A stretch of DNA of 64,000 nucleotides from Candidatus Campbellbacteria bacterium (GTDB taxonomy: Bacteria; Patescibacteriota; Minisyncoccia; Phycocordibacterales; CSBR16-193), in assembly GCA_007117035.1 (NCBI GenBank), contig SKHG01000036.1, forward strand, positions 7,595 through 71,594, in the 5' to 3' direction. The translations under genes and the position numbers were made by a program. Of the stretch, positions 30,239 to 37,603 are shown in pieces; position 1 is the stretch's first letter, and every line of letters starts with the position of its first letter. Under the pieces are notes generated by a model that worked only from the letters and a program-made list of their open reading frames with translations, was not told the origin of the DNA and made no database searches.

Positions 30239-31204
30239 ATGGAAAATGCAATTTTAAATTTTAACAAACAGTTTTTGTTTCATCCTGAAGTGATTAATTC
30301 TGAAAATCTACAAACTCCTCCTGAAATGTTGGTAATAATCGGAATGGGGGGTTCCCATCTTTCTGGAGATGTTTTAAAAACTTTACGTCCATCTATTCCA
30401 GTAATAATCCATAGTGACTATGGTCTACCAGCGTTGCCTGAGAGTTCAATGAAAAAGACATTGTTTGTAGTTAGTTCATACTCTGGAAACACTGAAGAGA
30501 CTGTTGATGCTTTAACAGAGGCTATGAATAAGGGTTTGCATGTTGTAGTCATCACTACAGGAGGTAAGTTGCTAGAAATAGCCCAAGCTAACTCTTTACC
30601 GCATATCATTTTACCGGATGACGGTATCCAACCTCGAAGCGCACTGGGTTACTCAATCAAAGCTCTTGCTGAAATATCTGGGGATAGTAGTTTGAAAAAT
30701 GAATTAAACGATTTGTCTAAGTTAGAACCAGAAAGTTTCAAAAAAAAAGGTGTTCGTTTGGCAAAATTAATAAAAGGTAAAATTCCGATAGTTTACTCTT
30801 CAGTAAGATATCGTTCTGTAGCTTATAACTGGAAGATTAAATTTAATGAGACTGGTAAAGTTCCAGCATTTTATAATGTCTTTCCTGAACTTAATCATAA
30901 TGAGATGACAGGTTTTGATGTTCTAGATAGTAATAGTTTTTTGAGTGAAAAGTTCATCTGGTTATTTATTCAAGGTGGCGAAGAGCATCCTCAGAATCAG
31001 AAAAGAATCAAGGTTACTTCGGAACTATTAGAAGAGAGGGAATTGGAAACCATTTTGATTAAACTTCAAGGTTCTTCTGTCTCAGAAGAAGTCTTCTCAT
31101 CTCTTTTGATTGCTGATTGGGCATCACTCCAGAGTGCGAACTTCTATGGAGTAGAAGCAGAGGAAGTGCCAATGATTGAAGAGTTTAAAAAAAGGATTCA
31201 GTAG
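30239..31204 (+). CDS. bifunctional phosphoglucose/phosphomannose isomerase (archaeal-type SIS-domain PGI/PMI)
   Basis: IIGMGGSHLSGD and VVSSYSGNTEET SIS motifs; ~320 aa. Confidence 0.65.
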   Translation: MENAILNFNKQFLFHPEVINSENLQTPPEMLVIIGMGGSHLSGDVLKTLRPSIPVIIHSDYGLPALPESSMKKTLFVVSSYSGNTEETVDALTEAMNKGLHVVVITTGGKLLEIAQANSLPHIILPDDGIQPRSALGYSIKALAEISGDSSLKNELNDLSKLEPESFKKKGVRLAKLIKGKIPIVYSSVRYRSVAYNWKIKFNETGKVPAFYNVFPELNHNEMTGFDVLDSNSFLSEKFIWLFIQGGEEHPQNQKRIKVTSELLEERELETILIKLQGSSVSEEVFSSLLIADWASLQSANFYGVEAEEVPMIEEFKKRIQ

Positions 31205-31206
31205 TT

Positions 31207-32034
31207 ATGTATATACTTTTTGATATTGGAAGTAGTAAGACACGTGTATCTCTAACTGATAAAAAAACAGAAGAGGGTTTTTTAGATCCAGTTATATTTG
31301 ATACACCACAGAGCTTGGAGGAGGTCGCTGAACAAATTTCTTTATCAGTTGAAAACTTTGGTGTTTCTGGAAAAGTTGAAGGTGCTTTTGGGGGTGTAAG
31401 TGGTGTACGCGATGAAACTCATAGTATTGTTCATTACTCAGTAAACCGACCTTCTTGGTCAGGTCAGCCTGTGAAAGATATTCTAGAAAAAAAGCTGGGT
31501 GTCGAAGTCAATCTAGAGAACGATGCCGATCTTGTTGGTTTGGGTGAGGCGGTTTCAGGTGCGGGTATAAATCATAGTGTGGTTGTTTATATAACAGTCA
31601 GTACTGGTGTTGGTGGAGTTAGGATTGTTGACGGGCGAATTGATTCAGCGATTTATGGTTTCGAACCTGGTTTTCAAATAATTGATTCTCGTAAACCACA
31701 TGAATATGAAAGCACACTAGAAGGGAAGATTTCTGGAACAGCCTTTGAGAGAAAGTTTGGTTGTAAAGCATATCAGGTAACCAACAATGCACACTGGGAG
31801 CAGGCCTCACTAGACTGTGCGATTGGTTTGTATAACTCAATTCTACACTGGTCACCAGAGTTAGTAGTTTTGGGTGGTTCTATGATTGTTGGCACTCCTG
31901 GTATTCCCGTTGATCTTATAGCTAAAAATTTTCACGAACTAGGATCACACCTTCCCAATATACCGGAAATTAGAAAAGCTGAGTTAGGAAGTATTGGAGG
32001 TATATATGGAGCTTTAGCTATATCGAATTTTTAA
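31207..32034 (+). CDS. ROK/BadF-type sugar kinase-like protein (ASKHA fold), putative glucokinase
   Basis: N-terminal LFDIGSSKTRV phosphate-1 motif; ITVSTGVGGV phosphate-2-like motif; adjacent to PGI/PMI. Confidence 0.45.
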   Translation: MYILFDIGSSKTRVSLTDKKTEEGFLDPVIFDTPQSLEEVAEQISLSVENFGVSGKVEGAFGGVSGVRDETHSIVHYSVNRPSWSGQPVKDILEKKLGVEVNLENDADLVGLGEAVSGAGINHSVVVYITVSTGVGGVRIVDGRIDSAIYGFEPGFQIIDSRKPHEYESTLEGKISGTAFERKFGCKAYQVTNNAHWEQASLDCAIGLYNSILHWSPELVVLGGSMIVGTPGIPVDLIAKNFHELGSHLPNIPEIRKAELGSIGGIYGALAISNF

Positions 32035-32109
32035 ATAAACATAAAGGTTGTCGCAATGTTGTTGCTTGTGATATATTGATAGACATAATTATTCGTAATA
32101 AATATCTAT

Positions 32110-32337
32110 ATGGGAATGAAAAGTTTTTTAATGAAGAAGATGTTGAAGTCTAAACTAAAACACCTTCCTCAGGATCAGCAAGATAAAATAATTGCGGCTA
32201 TTGAAAAAAATCCGCAGTTGTTTGAAAAAATGGCTAAAGAAATCAAGCAGTTGACAAAAGAAGGACAGAACGAAACCGCTGCCTCAATGCAGGTTATGCG
32301 AAAGTATCAGGCAGAACTTCGTGATTTGATGATGTAA
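32110..32337 (+). CDS. hypothetical small basic protein (75 aa)
   Basis: ORF followed by an intrinsic terminator. Confidence 0.35.
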   Translation: MGMKSFLMKKMLKSKLKHLPQDQQDKIIAAIEKNPQLFEKMAKEIKQLTKEGQNETAASMQVMRKYQAELRDLMM

Positions 32338-32361
32338 ATTCTTTAAAGTTAAAAACAAAAA

Positions 32362-32385
32362 AACTCTGCTCTCAGAGTTTTTTTG
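32362..32385 (+). terminator. rho-independent terminator (aactctgctctcagagtt plus T7)
   Basis: Hairpin and T-run read directly. Confidence 0.6.
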
Positions 32386-32427
32386 TTACAAAGTTGAAAA
32401 GTTTTGTAGAACTGGCAGAATATAATA

Positions 32428-33297
32428 ATGAGTAAAAATAAAAATCGTTTCTGGCTTTGGTTTTTGGTAATAATTACAATAGTTGTTTTACTTGCTGTTA
32501 TATTAAATCGTTCCGGAATAGAACCAAGGATGATAAGTGGTATTCAGATACCTGAAATTTCAGATCATAACTCTGTTCATTTTACTGAGGTTTCAGACAG
32601 AATTGGAGAAAACTTATGGGTATATGGTAATCTAGACCATGTTTTTGTGTCTTCTAACAATAATTATTTTCTGAATTTCTGTGAAGATTTCAGAGACTGT
32701 CCGTTTAACTCTGTAATTTTTTCAAATCATGCTGATCAGTTTAATGATATAGAAGGATGGGTTGGTGAGATCTATATATATGGCAATATTTCTTATTATC
32801 AAAATCGAGCACAAATCGTCATAGAATATTCAGAGCAGGTTCGAATTGAAGATATAGATAATGAACAAGTAGAAAATAACTCCCTATTGTTTGAAGTCAT
32901 GTCTGTAATCGACGGTGATACAATCGTGGTTCGCGTTAATGGTTCATCTGAGTTTGTGCGTCTAATCGGAATAGATACTCCAGAGGTTTCTGGTCCGCAT
33001 ACTTCACAGGAATGTTTCGGTGAGGAAGCTAGTGTAAGAGTAATGGAGCTTTTGGAAGGTCGAAGGGTTGTTCTACTTTCCGACCCTCAAGGAGATGATT
33101 ATGATAAGTATGGTCGTCTCCTCCGTTATGTTTTTACAGAGGATGGTCAACATGTAAACGCTATGTTGATTGAAGATGGGTATGCCTTCTATTTTCCATA
33201 TAAACCTTTTGTTTTTATGGATTACTTTGCAAGGTTGGAAAAAGGCGCAAGGAAGGATATGTTGGGACTCTGGGGTGATGTTTGCGATTATAGGTAA
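32428..33297 (+). CDS. membrane-anchored thermonuclease (staphylococcal nuclease/SNase fold)
   Basis: N-terminal TM; SNase-like core IDGDTIVVR...RLIGIDTPE...YGRLLRYVF. Confidence 0.7.
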   Translation: MSKNKNRFWLWFLVIITIVVLLAVILNRSGIEPRMISGIQIPEISDHNSVHFTEVSDRIGENLWVYGNLDHVFVSSNNNYFLNFCEDFRDCPFNSVIFSNHADQFNDIEGWVGEIYIYGNISYYQNRAQIVIEYSEQVRIEDIDNEQVENNSLLFEVMSVIDGDTIVVRVNGSSEFVRLIGIDTPEVSGPHTSQECFGEEASVRVMELLEGRRVVLLSDPQGDDYDKYGRLLRYVFTEDGQHVNAMLIEDGYAFYFPYKPFVFMDYFARLEKGARKDMLGLWGDVCDYR

Positions 33298-33363
33298 ATT
33301 TTTATTACAAAAAATTATTTAATTTAGTAATATTTAGCCTTAGGTTTGATGCAGTATTAATTT

Positions 33364-33762
33364 ATGCCTTATAAATTTCCAAAACCAACTAGTTATTTAT
33401 TAAAAGTTAAAAGAACAAAGGCTGGTCTTGGTTTGTTTGCTGACGAGTCAATTCCGCGCACGCAGTTCGTTATAGAGTACTTCGGAAGGATCTTAAGGGA
33501 CGAAGAGGTCAATTATAGGTCTGGTAAGTATCTTTTTGAGATTAATAATAATCTAACTATCGACGGTCGAACCCGGGAGAACAAAGCTAGGTACATCAAT
33601 CACTCTTGTAAACCAAACTGTCGAACTGATGTGTTTGGAAAAAGAATGTTTGTTTTTACTAAAAGAATGATAGAACCTGGTGAAGAATTAAGTTATGACT
33701 ACGGCAAAGAATACTTTGATGAGTTTATAAAACCTAACGGATGTAAGTGTGGAAATCATTAA
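33364..33762 (+). CDS. SET-domain protein (putative protein lysine methyltransferase)
   Basis: RYINHSCKPNC (NHSCxPN), ELSYDYG (ELxxDY) and post-SET cysteines GCKCGNH. Confidence 0.75.
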   Translation: MPYKFPKPTSYLLKVKRTKAGLGLFADESIPRTQFVIEYFGRILRDEEVNYRSGKYLFEINNNLTIDGRTRENKARYINHSCKPNCRTDVFGKRMFVFTKRMIEPGEELSYDYGKEYFDEFIKPNGCKCGNH

Positions 33763-33991
33763 TCTAATTATTCACAATTAGACCTTGTTAAATATAATTT
33801 TGTTAGTATAATTAAAATATGAAGCAAGCAAGAACAATTAAGGTCGTGAGTGTGATTGTTATTTCCACCAGAGGTGGAGGACTTGCTTATGTCTCTTAAA
33901 TAAATAAAAGTTTAGAAATATCAGCCAGCTCTTCACTAAAGATCTGGTTGTTCTTTTAATAAACAATCACAACCAAACGAAAGGAGTACCA

Positions 33992-34231
33992 ATGAAAGAA
34001 AAAATAAATAGTAATGAGTGTTCAGGCACTAATGGAAGTCACGACAGTCCTTTTCTTGCAAAAGGGGACTGGTGTAAATCAGATGATACTACCGGACTTC
34101 TTGATGTTTTTGGTGGAATGTGTCGAGCTCCGGCTCCGGCACAGTTTGCCACTAGCCTAAACAGTGATTCCAACCCTGAAACCCCATCATGGGAGTCTCC
34201 AAGAGGGTATGGATTAGTTTATGATGATTAG
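33992..34231 (+). CDS. small cysteine-containing acidic protein (79 aa), unknown function
   Basis: AAAGGAG RBS; own upstream promoter-like element and structured leader; strong terminator downstream. Confidence 0.45.
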   Translation: MKEKINSNECSGTNGSHDSPFLAKGDWCKSDDTTGLLDVFGGMCRAPAPAQFATSLNSDSNPETPSWESPRGYGLVYDD

Positions 34232-34246
34232 TTTATTCAATCATCC

Positions 34247-34300
34247 CCGCACAATTTTTTTATCCTGTAACAGGATTCATAAAATTGTGCGGTTTTTTTT
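34247..34300 (+). terminator. rho-independent terminator, long compound hairpin (ccgcacaatttt...aaaattgtgcgg with internal palindrome atcctgtaacaggat) plus T8
   Basis: Read directly. Confidence 0.7.
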
Positions 34301-34369
34301 AAAAAATATAATAACTTTGTTATCTTAAAATAATATTTTGTATGCATGTATTTACTCCGAATATTCTTA

Positions 34370-34399
34370 TTGACAAACATAATACTTATGTTATATAAT
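34370..34399 (+). promoter_or_regulatory. sigma70-type promoter: TTGACA, 18-bp spacer, TATAAT
   Basis: Consensus hexamers read directly, ~60 nt upstream of the AGGAGG RBS of ORF 34459. Confidence 0.55.
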
Positions 34400-34458
34400 A
34401 TAAAAGGAATTCAAATCATTCTGGTTTGAAATGAAAACAAAAAAAGGAGGAAGGGTAA

Positions 34459-34794
34459 ATGAAGTCATTACGTAACGCAAGAAGAATAGGTATTGATCAA
34501 AACGACTCCATACTAATTGCAATGTGCATCACAGCATTAGTTGTAGCGATATATTTTATTCAGTCTGACGATCGCCAACCGGTAGTTGTTTATGCTGAAT
34601 ATATAATGCAGGGAGGAGATCCTGGAACCGCAGTGGATGACACTCTCACACTACGTGGGTTAGTGAGATATGTTGAGGTTGATGGAAAAAGGTACAATCG
34701 GAAGTGGTACCTAGAAAATTATGATAACCTTCGCTTAGTCGACTTGATCTGGATAGAACCACAGTTCAACGAAAGAGACGAAAGTCTCTACTAG
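34459..34794 (+). CDS. small membrane-anchored protein (111 aa), unknown function
   Basis: AGGAGG RBS; one TM (ILIAMCITALVVAIYFI); flanked by consensus promoter and terminator. Confidence 0.5.
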   Translation: MKSLRNARRIGIDQNDSILIAMCITALVVAIYFIQSDDRQPVVVYAEYIMQGGDPGTAVDDTLTLRGLVRYVEVDGKRYNRKWYLENYDNLRLVDLIWIEPQFNERDESLY

Positions 34795-34808
34795 GATTAA
34801 AACAAACA

Positions 34809-34839
34809 CCCGAACTCAAAACTGAGTTCGGGTTTTTTT
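34809..34839 (+). terminator. rho-independent terminator (cccgaactcaaaactgagttcggg plus T7)
   Basis: Read directly. Confidence 0.75.
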
Positions 34840-35132
34840 GTAATTTTCTCGTACTTGATTAGTTTGTATCATTTTGGACTAGATAGTTTAGTACCATCAA
34901 GTATTGATGATTTTCCAGCCACTATACAAAAAATTCTTGAAAGGCATATTACACACCTCAAACCTAGATAAAAATTTATTAGAACATTAGAAAAAAATCT
35001 AAATCAAAAATATTATTTTTTCAGATATTACTTGAAAAATGAATAGTAATAATGGTATGGATAATAAAAAAGAATACAGATAAATTTATAATTTTGCCTA
35101 ACGAAATTGTTCCTTGTTAAAGAATGTTAGGT

Positions 35133-35160
35133 TTGCAAATTAATTTCGTGTTGGTATGAT
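35133..35160 (+). promoter_or_regulatory. candidate promoter for ychF: TTGCAA -35, 16-bp spacer, extended -10 TGgTATGAT
   Basis: Read directly, ~50 nt upstream of ychF ATG. Confidence 0.4.
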
Positions 35161-35208
35161 ACTTTAGTATCTTAAACCCTTAAATCCTAAATCTAGAATC
35201 AAAAAAAT

Positions 35209-36306
35209 ATGTCATTATCTATCGGAATTGTCGGACTACCGAATGTTGGTAAGTCAACACTTTTTAATGCGCTGACCGAAAAGGCAGTGCCAGCTGAAAA
35301 TTACCCATTTTGTACTATTGATCCTTCTGTGGGGGTCGTACCAGTTCCAGACAGACGCTTGGAAAGTTTAGCTGATTTTAGTAAATCTGAATCGGTAGTT
35401 CCTGTTGTGGTGGAGTTTGTTGATATTGCTGGTTTGGTCCGTGGTGCTTCTAAAGGTGAAGGCTTGGGTAACGAGTTTTTGCAGAATATTAGAGATGTAG
35501 ATGTGATTGCACATGTGGTACGAATCTTTGACGATGACTCTTTGATACATGTTGAGGGTTCGGTTTATCCTGCTCGTGATATTGAGACTATAAACACTGA
35601 GTTATTGCTATCAGATATTGATACTGTTCAGAGAAGAATAGCGAAAACAGAACGAGATGTAAAAAAAGGTGATAAAGATGCTGTAGCTGAAAGCGAGAGT
35701 TTAAAGAAGGCTATTAATCTTCTGTCAGAAGGTTTGAGACTTTACGGGTCAAATCTTACTGACGATGAACGGAAAAGATTGAAACCTTTAAATCTTTTAA
35801 CTCTAAAACCAATGTTGTATGTTTTAAATAAAAAAGCAGGAGCCATTAATCTCGATGAAGTACGAGATGGCCGAATTGAAGACCTTGAGATGCAACTGGA
35901 CCGCGAAAATGCGCCTCAAGTTAAGATAGACGCTGGAATAGGTTCAGAATTACAAGGAATTGATCCTGCTGAGAAAGAAAGTTTTCGTTTGGAGCTGGGT
36001 GCCCAAGACGACGGTGTCGATTCATTAATTAAAAAAGGCTACGAAATGTTGGATTTGATTACATATTTTACAACAGGTGAAAAGGAAACTCGTGGTTGGA
36101 CTATTAGACGGGGATCCTCAGCTCCAGAAGCAGGATCAGCTATACACTCTGATTTTCAGGAAAAATTCATTAAAGCTGAAGTGGTGGAGTGGCAGAAATT
36201 ATTAGAAGCAGGTTCTAAATCAGAAGCTAGAGATAAAGGTTTGATAAGAACTGAAGGTAAGGAATATATTGTTAAAGACGGTGATGTAATTGAGTTTAAG
36301 ATATAG
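35209..36306 (+). CDS. ychF: ribosome-binding ATPase YchF (Obg-family)
   Basis: GIVGLPNVGKSTLFNALT G1; NxxE G4 variant; C-terminal TGS domain. Confidence 0.85.
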   Translation: MSLSIGIVGLPNVGKSTLFNALTEKAVPAENYPFCTIDPSVGVVPVPDRRLESLADFSKSESVVPVVVEFVDIAGLVRGASKGEGLGNEFLQNIRDVDVIAHVVRIFDDDSLIHVEGSVYPARDIETINTELLLSDIDTVQRRIAKTERDVKKGDKDAVAESESLKKAINLLSEGLRLYGSNLTDDERKRLKPLNLLTLKPMLYVLNKKAGAINLDEVRDGRIEDLEMQLDRENAPQVKIDAGIGSELQGIDPAEKESFRLELGAQDDGVDSLIKKGYEMLDLITYFTTGEKETRGWTIRRGSSAPEAGSAIHSDFQEKFIKAEVVEWQKLLEAGSKSEARDKGLIRTEGKEYIVKDGDVIEFKI

Positions 36307-36387
36307 TTTGACATATTTATTTATTTGTGCTATTGTATTTTTGGATTCTTGGTTCATAAACAAAAACAACAAAAAGAAAGGTAAAGA

Positions 36388-37458
36388 ATGAGAAAAGGAA
36401 TGCTACGTAACGTACTGTCGAATCTGAAAAGAATCGCAGTGCATTCGCGCATCCACCTCGATGAGGTGGTTGCAGTCTGGTTAATTTTCAAGTTTGGTGG
36501 AGATTTGATTAAAAATCTTCATGAACTTGAAATTATTGTCTGGCCGTCTGGTAATTCAACACCAGATGGCAAATCTGTAAGGAATCACATCCTTGCAGGT
36601 CTGCTACCGATAGGAGTCGGTGGAGGTGTAACAGACGAACACTCTCGCAACGGGAGTGGTCACTACGGTAAAAGTTCTGCAGAAATAATTGCAGAGCTTC
36701 TGGGGGTTCAGAATTTACCTGAACTTAAACAGATTCTGAAGATGGTTCACAGTGACGATGTCGAAGGATCCTCTAGTTTTGATCAGCTTGGACCATTGGT
36801 TCTTGCTTTGTCAAACGAGTGGGCAGATTCGCCAAAGTCTGTTGTAGACTACTTCAGCATTCTGTTAGATGCTCTATATGAAAGGCAGTGCCGATTTGTG
36901 GAGGGTAGAAAAGAGATTGCTCAGATTGAAAAGGAAGCACGGAAGGAAAGAGATGACTATCGTGTCCAATCAATCTGGATTCATGGTGAGAAGCTACGCC
37001 TTATAACAATTGAATCTGATAATGATCAAATTGTAAACTCGGCATGGAGCCGAGGATATGATGCGGTTATTAAAAGGTGTTCATCCGGACACACTCAGGT
37101 TTTGGCCAACAAAAGAGTAACGCTGGCAGAGTTAGATCGGGTTGCAACTCGATTAAGAATTAATGAGCTTCACCGGAGAGGAAAGGGTAACCAGATAAGA
37201 AAGACTAACCTTTCTTTGGACGGTCACCTTTCAGTAGCACCTGAGTGGTATTACCAGCGCGAGGCTGGAAGAATTATGAACGGATGCCATTCTGCTACCG
37301 GAGTCTCACCAACTCGCCTTTCACTGGAAGATATTCGCAAGATCGTTCTTGCGGCAATTAATCCTCCAGGAAGGAAGACTGTTCAAATAAAAAAGAGGGA
37401 AGAAGGGGGTTTATCCATAAATCGCGTCGCTGACGCAATGGAAAAAGTCTCTGTCTGA
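36388..37458 (+). CDS. hypothetical protein with MYG1/UPF0160-like (DHH-superfamily metal-dependent hydrolase) N-terminal motifs
   Basis: HSRIHLDEVVA resembles the FHxDEALA motif and GVGGGVTDEH the GGG..D..H motif of UPF0160; GC visibly higher than neighbours; family assignment tentative. Confidence 0.3.
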   Translation: MRKGMLRNVLSNLKRIAVHSRIHLDEVVAVWLIFKFGGDLIKNLHELEIIVWPSGNSTPDGKSVRNHILAGLLPIGVGGGVTDEHSRNGSGHYGKSSAEIIAELLGVQNLPELKQILKMVHSDDVEGSSSFDQLGPLVLALSNEWADSPKSVVDYFSILLDALYERQCRFVEGRKEIAQIEKEARKERDDYRVQSIWIHGEKLRLITIESDNDQIVNSAWSRGYDAVIKRCSSGHTQVLANKRVTLAELDRVATRLRINELHRRGKGNQIRKTNLSLDGHLSVAPEWYYQREAGRIMNGCHSATGVSPTRLSLEDIRKIVLAAINPPGRKTVQIKKREEGGLSINRVADAMEKVSV

Positions 37459-37468
37459 TAACTCTAAA

Positions 37469-37509
37469 ACCCCAACTATTATATTAATGTATTAGTTGGG
37501 GTTTTTTTT
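37469..37509 (+). terminator. rho-independent terminator (ccccaacta...tagttgggg plus T8)
   Basis: Read directly. Confidence 0.7.
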
Positions 37510-37603
37510 GTAGAAGATTGCTGGCTGTGGTATTGTAATATAATACTTAAGTTAATTTTAGATTTATATAATAATGTTTCTATCGAGTTTAATTTAGAAA
37601 ATT

